From a virus, in IMG/VR virus record IMGVR_UViG_3300042197_003184, positions 32,001 to 96,000 of that record: a stretch of 64,000 nucleotides of DNA. One strand, given 5' to 3'. Both the position numbers and the translations under genes were made by a program. Shown here piece by piece: positions 12,301-19,745 of the stretch. The notes beneath the pieces are model-generated. The model was not told the origin of the DNA. It was given only the letters and a program-made list of their open reading frames with translations, and did no database searches. Positions within the stretch are counted from its first letter, which is position 1, and each line of letters opens with the position of its first letter.

Positions 12301-15300
12301 CTATTGAGAGCGATCAACGACGGAGCAAAGGGTTATAGTAGCGGCGGTGTGGTATACCTCAGTAGCGGAGGTTTAACACCAGCACAAGAAACTAGATTTA
12401 ATGAACTTAGTGGTATGTCTTCTAGAAATAGAGAAGAAGAAAATGAGTACATTGATCTGAAAAATAAAAGAATGTCTGGAGGGGCACAATCGAGTTCTAC
12501 AACAACGCAATCTAATATTCAACAGTCACGCAGAACCGCTGTAAGAGAGCGTAATCAGAGAATGGCGCTAATGGCCATACCTCCCAACGAAAGAACTCCA
12601 GAGCAGCAAGAAAGATATAATGCTCTGATAGCTAAGAGAGATAAAGATAGACCAGAAATAGCTAAACGCAATGCTAATTATAGAGCTTCACAAGCTTATA
12701 ATGCAGAAGCTGAAAGACGCAGTAACGAAAGACTAGTGAATCAATATGCCGATGAATACAGATCGTCTGGTAGCGAATTATCCCCAGAAGAGTGGGCAGC
12801 ACAAAACAAACCAGGAATGAGGGGTCAGAGACTGGACGGCTTCTTAGCTAGAGTATCTGGTTCAGACTATGATTATGGTCGTAAAATGACTGACCAGGAA
12901 TTTGCTGACGCTGGTACAGCTAATAGAGCAAGGCTAGATGCTTCAACACAACAAAAGGCTCAACAATACACCTCAGGGTCTTCACCTGCTCAACAGCCAG
13001 CCGCACAAACCGGCTCCAAACCAATGTTACCGCCTAGTGAGCAAGAACAAGAACCAGCAGATTCCACAGTCCCTTCTATACCTGCGCCTCCGGCACCGGC
13101 GGCAGAACCACCAAAACCAGCGCCAGCACCAGCGGTTGAGCCACCCAAACCAGCGCCAGCACCAGCGGTTGAGCCACCCAAACCAGCGCCAGCACCAGCA
13201 CCAGCACCAGCGGTTGAGCCACCCAAACCAGCTACAGTACCAGCACCAGTTTGGGCAAGAGGAGGAACAGACGAGGATCCGTTTGCTGAACGAGCCAAAC
13301 CATCACCAGCAGACGCCGCTAAAACAAGAGCAGAAGAAAGAAGAACAGCTTCTGAGGAGCAACAAACAGAAGCAAGAAAAGAAAGAAGAGAGCTAAGACG
13401 AGCAGCTGCTCAACAAAGAGAAGATATTATAGCAGAAACTCGTAGACGACTAGAAATGACTATTAGTCGTGAAGAAGCAACAATTAAAGATAAAGCCAAG
13501 AACAGAGAAGAGTCCGGTTGGTGGGCTGCGTCTATGAGAGGTATGGGATTAATGTCTGATCCTTACGAAGCAGAAATGGCCGCTTCTCGACAAAGAATCA
13601 CAGCAGCTAGAATGGGTTTGTCAGAATTAAAGACTGCTACTGTAGACGTTTCTCCGTCAGGATATGTGCGAGATACGTTCAAAGTTGAAAACTTTAATGC
13701 TGCTAGAAGATTAGCTGGATTAGACGAGGTAACTACCGGAGTTGACTCTGCTGGAAATATGACAGTATCTCGCGTGGAAAAAGATGAGACAGAAAAAGCT
13801 AATGATGCTGCAAGAAGAGCTGCTGATACGGCCTATAGCAGACAGTTGATGGATAATGAGCAGTCACAGATTACAGCAGCTAGAGACATTAGTATAGATA
13901 GTGTTTTGGCTGTTGGTGGAGTAGCTACAGGAGTTGCTGGTATGGCTACTCGTGGTGGCACAATGGCTCTTCAACAAGCAGGCAAAATAGGACTTAGACA
14001 AGTAGCTAAAACAGCAGCCTTGGAAGGCGCTGCTGAAGGTTTAGCTGGAGGAACCACAAGAGCAATTGATGACGTAACTAGAGGAGCTAAAACAACTCAA
14101 GAAGGCATATCTTCCGCACTATTAGAATCTACTATAGGAGGTGTTGCAGGTAGTGTGTTGGGTCCTGCTTTTTCTGTAGGAATACCGGCTGCTGGCAGAG
14201 TATTAAGTGGTATGGGTTCGTTTGTTGGAGATATGGCGAGTCCTATTACCAAGCCAATAGGCGACTTAATGTCATCTACATATGATTCAATTTCTCGCGG
14301 CTTATCAGGAATGTCAGATTATTTGGATTTACCCACCCAGTCCAGATACTCAGCATTACTACCGTCCGATCCTAAGCAAGCAAAACAATACAGGGCTCTT
14401 GTGTCTGCTGGCCGTGGACCTAGAGAAGCTATCGAAGAACTAGATGAAATCCTAAGAACCGGCTCTAACAGGTTTGACAAACAAGAAGAAGCTTTCGCCC
14501 AATGGACATCTAAGAATCTCTTTGATTTTGTTGGTATGCAGCCCGGTAGTTTGGTAAGTAGACTACGAAGCAATCCTCTCGACGGGTTATTTGATAATAT
14601 TAACTCGGGACCAGGAATAGGCAGACCAAGAGGGTCTTTATCGGAAATTGCTGGGGTAGATAAGTATAGAATACCCAATTTATCAGACGAAGCTGCCCGA
14701 CCAGTACAGAAAATGAAAGTAACAGCAGCTCAAGTCACAGAATATCAAAAATTAATAGATTCTGGAATGAACCCGGCATCGGCTCAACAACAGGCACTAA
14801 GACAAACTTCAACAACAGAAACAGCGCCCGCCACGGCCGCTCAAATCTATAGACAAAATTTACCAAGAGCGATAGACGATCCATCTCGTATGGAACAGGG
14901 TTTGTATAGAACGCAAGTGCGTAAGGGCTCATATGACAATCCCGATAATATGAACAGGTGGTTTTATCCAAAAAATCCTGGTATAGATATGATCGGAGAC
15001 TCTATAAATACCGGATATAAACCCAGATTTGCTGTAAAAGAAGGTAAAATGAACGAAATGATTGAGCGCATGGCAGCCGACGAACGGTTGTCTTGGATGC
15101 TTGGTCCGAGCGGTTTTAAACAGCAGCCGTTTGGAGAAGAGGTATTATCAGGTAGAGACAACAGATTTTTAGTTCTGTATAGCAGTAGAGGTACGTCCGA
15201 CGAAGCTTTAGCTATCACTCAACGTATGGAAGAGATTGGAGAAGATCTTCTTTTTGCAGGAGGGGCGAAGGATTATGGCGACAGAATGGCGCTAGGAAAA

Positions 15301-17502
15301 TTCGGCAGTACCAGATATGATCCAGATCTCACAACGCTTACCAATCCCCCAGGACTACAAAAAACACTATTAGACTTAAGACAAAGATGGCTGTCAGAGC
15401 GTGGCTCTTCTTCATACGATCCTGATTTCGCTGCTTTTGACCAAGCATTAGTCAAACAACAAGACTACAGACTAGCTCTTTATGAGGCCGGTAAAAGAGC
15501 ACCAGGCACAATGATGGATAAATTTTATAAGGATTATCCCGACTTATTCCCGAGTTATGCTGGAGATATCAGCTACTCACCAGCCTCTACTTCGGCACTA
15601 TCGGATGCTGTACCAGTAGCAGCTAAACAACCTAACACATCAACGTCTACTGCTCCGACTGACAAGATTACAATAACCCCTCCCAATGACATAGCACAAC
15701 CAACCGCGATTTTCAACAGAATAAGAGCAACAAGACAACTACAGTCTTCAGCAGAAAATTCAGCTGGTATCAATCTATCAGCACCTGAACAATTGTCTTT
15801 GACAGAAGATGCTTTGTCCAGACTACAAGAAATTCAACTAGATAGCGACTACGTCAGCAATCGCGCCCTTGGTAATTTTCGCGGTGATATCAAACAGGGT
15901 GAATCCAAAACAGGATTGTTTAGTGGTACTATACAGATTGGAAAAAAGAGCATAGGCAATCTAGAAGTTTTAGGACACGAGAGACTACACGCCGCATCCT
16001 TTATCATGCAACAATTAGATAATATTACTGGAGGAAATATAGCTCCAGAAGTTTTAGATTTAATGGCGAACAAATTAAATTTAAATTTAAAATCGGTAGA
16101 GATAATAAGATCTGGCGCTGGTAAAAGAAGTCTAAATTTTGCAAAAAACACAACCGATCCAGAAAAGCTTTCCGCTTTACAAAACATGGATATTTTACCA
16201 GCATCACTACCGGATCAAAAAATACTAAAAGCCTCCGTTCTTGCAGAAAGATTCCTAGAAGAGTACCAGGTTGCTCAAGCATTAAAATTTGGAGAAAATA
16301 TATCTAATATAAATTTACGTAGTGTTGATACTACAAGAAAAGCCCTTCTAAAAGAACTATCACAATTTACAACAGCAGACAGTATAGCTCCAATTAAAAA
16401 GAGACTGTCAGAAGTTATTCCAACAAACAAATTAGATACACTACTTGATTCTGGTGCTGGTCCTTTTACTCCTAAAGATATATACCCACTTCCCACCAAT
16501 AAATCAGGAATACTAGATAATATCTTGTCTATTATACAGTCTCCTGGAAATCTGAGTGAAAATCTAGGTTCCAAACTAATGCAACAACCTGGCCTAAAAG
16601 ACTTTATCGACAAGATAGCGTCTGATAATCCTCAGGTAGCAAGCCTAGCAAAATCAGCTAAAACCCCATTAAAATTCTTAACTAATCTATCAACATTTGG
16701 ATTGGGGTTCTCTGCTGCTGGCATTGCTCTAAGAAATCTAATGTCAACAGATCCCAATCGGCCGAATGTTGTAGAGGCTCGAACCAGATCTTTGATGCCC
16801 GGAGAAAATCCAGAAGACCCAAATACTAAACCCTTAAGATCTTATTATTCTGACGGTACCCCAGTACCAGAAGACGAACAACCCAAAGAAACAAAAAGAA
16901 TGAGCACCGGAGGTATTGTTTATGCCAATAATGGTGCTTTTATAGCTGCTACCAGAGGATCTGACAGTGTTCCGGCAATGCTAACTCCGGGCGAGTTTGT
17001 GGTAAATAGACAAGCAGCAGCTAATAATATGACATTATTACATGCTATTAATAGTGGTCATTATACTCACGGAGGATTAGTTAAATATTTAGCTAATGGC
17101 GGGGTGGTACAGCCCAAATATTTGGAGTATGGCTCTCAAAACCCAGTAAATTCTATTAACAATCAGGCTGCTAATAGTGGTGTATTATCTAGTAGAGTTA
17201 GCCAGAATATGGTATCGCAACAGGTTCAGGCACCATCTTTTGACTACTCAAAAATGGAGCAATTATTTAATAGGTTTGAACAAGCTATGGATAGGAGCGC
17301 CAGCGCCATTAAAGACGGAGGCACAATCGAACACAAACTCACAGGAGAAGTCAAAACAGCATACGACCAGAAATCTATCCAAGATATTATTGGTAGATCT
17401 GTTGGTATCAGTAATTCCAACACTAACGCCCAAGTCAATAATGCTCAAGCAAATACAAATAGAACATTATTCAACAATACTGACGGAGCAATAGACCCCT
17501 AG
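301..17502 (+). CDS. Giant tail tape measure protein (5733 aa) with embedded enzymatic cargo domains
   Basis: The N-terminal ~500 aa read as a TP901-type TMP core (FIEFDSEVVKLQQVTG...LAQAG...TRESAETIATGLRTIFTRI...GGFRQ). There are long helical Ala/Gln/Leu-rich stretches, hydrophobic segments and repeated FAxGG/DSVPAMLTPGEFV modules. It lies upstream of tail/baseplate genes. Confidence 0.9.
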   Translation: MAGFNLTAQLNLQGPSNVRKIVSDIQRQLGTIKGTIDFTLNPGTARNVTQLNSALKTLNTTFTTTNRTAVSAANAISQFNAAVSGINTRSLTTNIASSATATQKLTSQQRQASKAIDESAYSMQEFGKQSQLAIKRFIAYSAAAGPILAVANAARKGISAFIEFDSEVVKLQQVTGESAGGLKELTNTITSLSSGLGVSSSELVNVSSTLAQAGLSARDTEKALKALALSSLAPSFDNMNQTVEGSIALMRQFGIQAGSLEGALGSVNAVAARFAVEASDIIAAIQRTGGVFASASKGVSEGTDALNEFIAVFTSIRATTRESAETIATGLRTIFTRIQRGGTIDALKEYGVNLTDLDGKFVGAYKAVELLSKGLNQLDPRDIRFSKIVEELGGFRQIGKVIPLIQQFATAQEALAVAQQGQGSLTEDAAVAQLALANQISKVREEFLALFRDIGASDTFQTLAKGALQLTSAIIGVADSVKGVLPVLALIGSIKGTQALLEFGYGFTGRSSSGSNRKNTRNFATGGYVPGVGDTDSIPANLTPGEYVMSKRAVRSIGVGNLNKMNKAGGGKISDYGGAPAGTTINNRENKPVGISNDTFSYSGFFNPQGISVTISYDKKNKRYTAQAPAGSKVSLTKNDIKTLFKNNKASATRFEEISRGTLGGTLANTTDPNYPIDIIDGQKLYDTKLSVPGNYKEKEAVLKVLNYKLDKANIGYQYNQGSQAIKLSRPSPRLLGANLTPASDPLKARESFSFVYPKFENIQTKDIQDLQTDLQNRYETFSGLSSQQNSGKNLSDAANRLKNLSQSAIETYQSDARGMSAIDEISGDKNIINLLRNYSSRSSGGIIQKFATAGVVKEPQNIPDKVAELAAKKQLSIQDVILSEFQAITGARLKRDLGIPNAVSLPRVPDLRAGVGVDKIKELVNRYLHMKGIESAAKAEQIAKMRKVAIAGLFPLDYSKDFDDWTLEDGRQIYGMVRGFGSEFLDDIQLMQQRTMAARDEFAINVQNRKALGLLAGSSVQGPIQPLAIDFDETLALGTKMVDAQGEEDLAAYRDPTKVADSLAKARPTTLAQRMAEIEKSNPGVLRKYSRILTARPQETASIIAATLNRFGLPYLESDITGLAKGLGTNIPLAKANDLGIFEKLIDDSEANVKAVRSSGKNAFQYGEVEPLTSAAAGKIGQSNVEASILEGAIGQQLGYPIDIAALERNRAVDFPQGLGRAAQYFGIPPNIETEIKRTLDGDAFFKARGEFSRYFTENPSLFSNGGLVQFFADAGEIKDRSTKNRRRGAYGARGFVPLNSREYEAFADKAYAEAGPYGGPGWGKSAGVPMPKVLADYAEKINRYVFETGGAGLSIGKKLVRIPDNIEPEALEALKEDLIRQYDGWYAEIEEVMPFGKAINTSNPITVAKNARMQAAAMAEAGNAAYTQAEDAISGFKKTGILAGFDPSIESHIKTSFPAYIKELESSLRSETDPDEKSSIQRKLKKAQAAWPDYQSLLSGTPVANQGRITGLSETLNTLLERYGSPVSFGEIDNIIKAMGSKLLGKASGGLISSFASGGKIGLDDIRKTIEDKYPDYKFRINPKSSGFGYRMLVRPASKDAPESLMAFDLVSRLSDAPALAEKLIGRIQEQQGAQKFASGGYIPAMVSNGEAFVPPETAQKIGFHTLNRMNQADRNGMGQFAGGGDISLFKGPGSGTSDSIGPIPLPVGGFVIREAATRALGLSRKGGGPIGQIRSFAVGGNKGVPVLGTNRPDIVSRSTVAVSPDTIQGVATLIDILGELGSVAKNSADLIKTNGEISYKVVEKALVKDIERLKISGAGIDKIAIAEKLLSETRNKGKAEVDKQKNLQGLSSLRGSSTTAILGGQTVGNLQAGAGAGQQAIETQAQMIIEEKIKARGGKVSDKQRAKIVESSYVDAASQITGVNKKDFKAAGIGGSDIQQYIAESMRDRKTLSQMDKQLIAIKQEEVRRSANFSSLSRTEQQRLLQQAKQTAEQEIKTRREIVNQLAAEQGRAGVGDGSGSMASGLFRRLENPLVALGLSSMGSLLGSGTPGSSSEASQNAGIQSGISTLSQGLFLSGQVASILGPVAGGATLAASALASIASAFKDGRNAFIEFEKNLRSQRLQNTLEALGNTFAQLEKDVKNLDLQNQVSSQLVSAGSEAQSLNDIVTEIPKAFWVNMFDAAFSSNQREASDRSRILEKFGISAYLSSTSAFGSEDNRRFFNRQLIPEQALANARSFSEVGLNTRRFIENRADAGASLNEIMNSADFAQFARNIALSNVEVQKQILAIQNSTSANKEAEQQAIITRYAESETIKIAQAASRRRNSEGLDRETRSFSVSIQRISQNMQDVISVINSNLTRFNEKIEYTVAAMSGQARSGQVSFGTLDVLRSPNAFSGFDRQSAADRAGSLFGGDQKLISSLLVLNKNLEENIMRAIDSTIANNPSSSDTKIGLSIDQAVQNTINQLNLPDAITKQLSREIGLAVDRLRQSGKEKIDFEALKNEVPQLENIISSTRVAQEGAIKALENWQNQLNELTQAMNKSSDLQISAADRRNQAEDIVINSSIELAKALGRNFSAGFGNNLRDRRTARLTGGATSPEDISNRLRNLTQLGESQSASLAAQSERSVGDTGSLDSIVANQRALRQTNNELRQTQQALKNLAENSEAASLALSSIQETQQRQQGRVALIEKLVSSTPEELYKFSAAADRLQKIARGQPVNQTSDERRETLSVFNDIAPMLGSSLEANNMRANMLESMLSESGVGLTPQFQAILNALRDPQTDPATQKAIEEYSKAIDIQSRANIELAKINTDLADQIADASARALKDALTNQVVKFESTQLADIARGLRSLTTTTQNQAAPPVARADGGIIYAATGTNVPDFAPRGTDTVPAMLTPGEFVVNRSATQKNLPLLNAINNGYSKGGRVSYYQDGGYVSSTLREEYQNREPFKESKGSYMVLPENIGEPEDLYTWNKVRSVAVPSTDNVEKININSKPNDQLYIKANRQLGYGYTGFRAQYDTSAGEYSFWRFNPEGSLSPSILKPLGRYYLSPRLLELGSGSEKQKLVDQTGIPNRTEIEDYTARLNNILKHLPSKASRSAGQGTIEIDGSKIIVEDQKFAGSTGQLTAYTKNQEVVVKNLAKSLDSNLNYGLYTSSPMVGLTHSLDSIMDFSGDHWGRFFFGSAAQTRKESSGSSESLLRSTSGGKYALTYNPKLDSLFDPDKLPDIISALKSSQEALANEEFATSDKNTGIDKQNTALRELYIGTIAKQILEGRASSNQQDGQSTDKEYAYKFGPEFANASKLTVYGVTTDEWTKSRDGSASYLQRFQSIIGKQKEAKYWDPDGTYKTPFDIAPRSDLNSKKFFPWVAGDAPDLAVLDAELKERADATQAETYGKQGDTILKSGRFKFNELPFTVPYAMSYVSLEKPKKYDAATGTYTDENLLPNGLQKADIISSDNLFRKAKDDFPSVTAITDATGSNDSSGSLGYVAGLIQNFVNQSDRFKKYFGLIKTSYSEDQPSVELQKLKSQLKYSTINLAGSQSPFFGFLTGSNKQYTGYDSLTRPLTIGDVLLDLIDREAKNKTSTLSAIKNQRYSSKPEDSDNKTNFKLSQYPALAQGLIYSAYDLFGSGKTYEMPNSLGRGWFSPRMSQRYNSIFEIQPELIQDYMKQLSIIFGNQYANLESNLSRFVGTPEYDKAIETMSYLQGAQKAFFMIGDPATGTSVLGGLLDRSMFDDRVFDQAEKEAITNVFKSLGASGKDSRIRSRLLDTISEDEKVDWERQLTGSRINDPKTKNSATQEFGEVNVPQTFNDLFDLGINPYNQFTNRNIRKSIFDRFLSNIATAQDRRGRPLFSTSGGKEFGDALSNLRLWYGGNDEDWQGLDYLYDKNIKPIENTDTVPSYNDRWNELNSFNRKDNLYKDAETSHSLVGGREKFGELPPLDFYKDRGDEIQYRRTGGIIYASQGSLVNFEPRGTDTVPAMLTPGEFVVNRSATQKHLPLLRAINDGAKGYSSGGVVYLSSGGLTPAQETRFNELSGMSSRNREEENEYIDLKNKRMSGGAQSSSTTTQSNIQQSRRTAVRERNQRMALMAIPPNERTPEQQERYNALIAKRDKDRPEIAKRNANYRASQAYNAEAERRSNERLVNQYADEYRSSGSELSPEEWAAQNKPGMRGQRLDGFLARVSGSDYDYGRKMTDQEFADAGTANRARLDASTQQKAQQYTSGSSPAQQPAAQTGSKPMLPPSEQEQEPADSTVPSIPAPPAPAAEPPKPAPAPAVEPPKPAPAPAVEPPKPAPAPAPAPAVEPPKPATVPAPVWARGGTDEDPFAERAKPSPADAAKTRAEERRTASEEQQTEARKERRELRRAAAQQREDIIAETRRRLEMTISREEATIKDKAKNREESGWWAASMRGMGLMSDPYEAEMAASRQRITAARMGLSELKTATVDVSPSGYVRDTFKVENFNAARRLAGLDEVTTGVDSAGNMTVSRVEKDETEKANDAARRAADTAYSRQLMDNEQSQITAARDISIDSVLAVGGVATGVAGMATRGGTMALQQAGKIGLRQVAKTAALEGAAEGLAGGTTRAIDDVTRGAKTTQEGISSALLESTIGGVAGSVLGPAFSVGIPAAGRVLSGMGSFVGDMASPITKPIGDLMSSTYDSISRGLSGMSDYLDLPTQSRYSALLPSDPKQAKQYRALVSAGRGPREAIEELDEILRTGSNRFDKQEEAFAQWTSKNLFDFVGMQPGSLVSRLRSNPLDGLFDNINSGPGIGRPRGSLSEIAGVDKYRIPNLSDEAARPVQKMKVTAAQVTEYQKLIDSGMNPASAQQQALRQTSTTETAPATAAQIYRQNLPRAIDDPSRMEQGLYRTQVRKGSYDNPDNMNRWFYPKNPGIDMIGDSINTGYKPRFAVKEGKMNEMIERMAADERLSWMLGPSGFKQQPFGEEVLSGRDNRFLVLYSSRGTSDEALAITQRMEEIGEDLLFAGGAKDYGDRMALGKFGSTRYDPDLTTLTNPPGLQKTLLDLRQRWLSERGSSSYDPDFAAFDQALVKQQDYRLALYEAGKRAPGTMMDKFYKDYPDLFPSYAGDISYSPASTSALSDAVPVAAKQPNTSTSTAPTDKITITPPNDIAQPTAIFNRIRATRQLQSSAENSAGINLSAPEQLSLTEDALSRLQEIQLDSDYVSNRALGNFRGDIKQGESKTGLFSGTIQIGKKSIGNLEVLGHERLHAASFIMQQLDNITGGNIAPEVLDLMANKLNLNLKSVEIIRSGAGKRSLNFAKNTTDPEKLSALQNMDILPASLPDQKILKASVLAERFLEEYQVAQALKFGENISNINLRSVDTTRKALLKELSQFTTADSIAPIKKRLSEVIPTNKLDTLLDSGAGPFTPKDIYPLPTNKSGILDNILSIIQSPGNLSENLGSKLMQQPGLKDFIDKIASDNPQVASLAKSAKTPLKFLTNLSTFGLGFSAAGIALRNLMSTDPNRPNVVEARTRSLMPGENPEDPNTKPLRSYYSDGTPVPEDEQPKETKRMSTGGIVYANNGAFIAATRGSDSVPAMLTPGEFVVNRQAAANNMTLLHAINSGHYTHGGLVKYLANGGVVQPKYLEYGSQNPVNSINNQAANSGVLSSRVSQNMVSQQVQAPSFDYSKMEQLFNRFEQAMDRSASAIKDGGTIEHKLTGEVKTAYDQKSIQDIIGRSVGISNSNTNAQVNNAQANTNRTLFNNTDGAIDP
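13081..13250 (+). repeat. Coding tandem repeat PAPAPAVEPPK (33-nt unit) within the TMP
   Basis: ccagcgccagcaccagcggttgagccacccaaa occurs about 3 times plus degenerate flanks, forming a Pro/Ala-rich linker. Confidence 0.9.
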
Positions 17503-17532
17503 AAGCAATTCTTAAACACATAGAGATTAATT

Positions 17533-19215
17533 ATGATAAATAAATCAATAAAAATTATCGACGGAGTTTGCTGTTCTTTTGCCATAAAGGATGGAATGTT
17601 AGCTCTGGGGCCTTCTGTATCTGGGTTTAAAACCCTAAGTATACATGATGAAAGTAAAATAATTCCTTATTTATGTCGAAACACTATCAGCACAGGAGTC
17701 GAATGGGAGGTTGGAATTGGCGAAGTTGTAGTGGTTGACGGGGTGGTTTGTGTAAGCAGAATTAGAGTGCTGTCTTCTTCTAATAATAATAACGTAGTAT
17801 CATTTACTGACCTTAAAGATCCAACATTTTTTATTGTGGCTAATGAGTACAGCTTTGATACCGCATTCAATAATTTGGTTAGTAAAAATACTGATTTTAA
17901 TGTTGATAATGTTAGAACCACTTATTTCGTAGACTCATCCAACCGAACGGTGACAGCAACACTTCCATCTGCTAAGAATAATCCCAATTTAGTTGTTGAG
18001 TTTAAATTATCTACTAGCAATAATTATTGTTATATTGTAACTAGTAACAAAGAATCCATAGATGGATTATCTACTGTAGTTCTAGATGGTAATAAAAAAT
18101 ATACCAAATTAATATCAACGGGTTATGATTGGACAGAACTTGTTAACCATATGATTGTTCCGCCAATGATAGCATCATTGCCTGAGCCAGAACTTTCTAC
18201 GCAGAACTTTGCTATGCTATCCTCCGTACCCGGTTCTGGTTTACCAAACGGACCACTAAACTCCGTACAGTTCAATAACAACGGACTATTCGATGGCGCA
18301 GACATCTATACTGCTCCAGGTTTTGTCTACTTTGGTGGTTCCGGTAGTACAGACTCTCACGCACAAATTGCCACTACCGGTAATCAACCAAATATTTTTA
18401 ATACTAAGTATACCGTATCAGATTTTATTGTAAGAGGCAGTTCTGTTCATAAGAATTTAATTTTTACTCACGACGGTAAACTTGGTATTAATATGCCATC
18501 CGGACTCAAGCCTAATACAGCTTTACATATTAATAACAATGGTTGTATAGACGGTATACGTTTAGAGAACAACAACAACTGCCACCCAGCATCACTGACC
18601 CTATATCATAAACCATCCACTGTTCCGCCAACAGGCACCATTGCTGCTCAAATCAATCTATCTGGTAAAAACAGTAATAACTACCAAACCAATTATGTAC
18701 AGTTAAAATCTAGAATTCTTAATAATATACTGGGAAGTACCGCTGGTGAATTCGTTTTATCTGTTGATAATTCTGGATCCATGAGAGACGTTTTGGTTGC
18801 CAATAAAGACTTTATGAGCATTAACTACGGCAATAATTCTATTAGAGTATCGACTTCCGGCACATTCATATCCGGACCAGTAGATATTTCTACTTTTAAT
18901 ATCGATGGTGGTGTGGTTGTATTTGGGGGTTTGTCTTCTGACAATAGTCCAAGTACAACGGTCACGCCGACCCCAACAGCTACCGAAACTCCTACTCCCA
19001 CACCGAGCGTTACTCCATTTAATACTCCAACAAATACCACAACTCCCACACCAACACCGACCCCAACGGCGACCCCAACCGAAACACCAACTAATACTCC
19101 ATCAGTAACCCCAACTGAAACTCCCACAGTAACGCCGACCGAAACACCAACGGTTACCCCAACTGAAACCCCAACACCGACCCCAACAGCAACTCCAATA
19201 GAAACTTCAGAATAA
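17533..19215 (+). CDS. Tail fibre/virion appendage protein with C-terminal Thr-Pro tract
   Basis: 560 aa with phage fibre-type motifs (WEVGIG...[42 protein letters not shown]). It ends in ~80 aa of TPT(E/N/V). Confidence 0.65.
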   Translation: MINKSIKIIDGVCCSFAIKDGMLALGPSVSGFKTLSIHDESKIIPYLCRNTISTGVEWEVGIGEVVVVDGVVCVSRIRVLSSSNNNNVVSFTDLKDPTFFIVANEYSFDTAFNNLVSKNTDFNVDNVRTTYFVDSSNRTVTATLPSAKNNPNLVVEFKLSTSNNYCYIVTSNKESIDGLSTVVLDGNKKYTKLISTGYDWTELVNHMIVPPMIASLPEPELSTQNFAMLSSVPGSGLPNGPLNSVQFNNNGLFDGADIYTAPGFVYFGGSGSTDSHAQIATTGNQPNIFNTKYTVSDFIVRGSSVHKNLIFTHDGKLGINMPSGLKPNTALHINNNGCIDGIRLENNNNCHPASLTLYHKPSTVPPTGTIAAQINLSGKNSNNYQTNYVQLKSRILNNILGSTAGEFVLSVDNSGSMRDVLVANKDFMSINYGNNSIRVSTSGTFISGPVDISTFNIDGGVVVFGGLSSDNSPSTTVTPTPTATETPTPTPSVTPFNTPTNTTTPTPTPTPTATPTETPTNTPSVTPTETPTVTPTETPTVTPTETPTPTPTATPIETSE

Positions 19216-19231
19216 ACATCGGAGCTAAACA

Positions 19232-19732
19232 ATGAGCTTTATATTCAAAAGAGATTTAACTACTACAAATGCACCGCTAGATAGTCAATTAGATATTGGT
19301 GAGTTTGGCTTTAATGCCAAAACAGGTATTCTATATGGTAGAAGATTAGACGGTAAGATTATTAAGTTTATGTCCGTAGCTATAGATGATACTTCGCCAG
19401 CTAGTGATATGTTGCGATTTGTTCCTATCATAAAGTTTTCGGATGTTTCCGGCTTCTGTTGTAATGGAGATTCTGTTATTGTAACAGTAGACAATCTTTT
19501 GGTTAACGAGTCGTACACTTATTTGGTTACAGACATGGTAGCCGGTTCAACAAGTTATCTTAGCGTTAGTAGTGGTATTATGAGTCCTATCACAAGCTCT
19601 CGAAGAGAAGTATCTATTAATATAGGTATTAGTAATATTCAAAACAATGCTCTAATCAAGTTTAGTGTGCTAAAAGATGGCGTAATCTTATCAGAAAATA
19701 TTCTCCCAATTTGTTGCACCACCTGCTCATAG
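19232..19732 (+). CDS. Small virion protein with a fibre N-terminal-like motif and a Cys-terminated domain
   Basis: [23 protein letters not shown] resembles the L..GE.G....TG.L motif at the N-termini of hyaluronidase/Mtd-type fibres. It ends ICCTTCS. Confidence 0.55.
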   Translation: MSFIFKRDLTTTNAPLDSQLDIGEFGFNAKTGILYGRRLDGKIIKFMSVAIDDTSPASDMLRFVPIIKFSDVSGFCCNGDSVIVTVDNLLVNESYTYLVTDMVAGSTSYLSVSSGIMSPITSSRREVSINIGISNIQNNALIKFSVLKDGVILSENILPICCTTCS

Positions 19733-19745
19733 GATATCCAATCAA

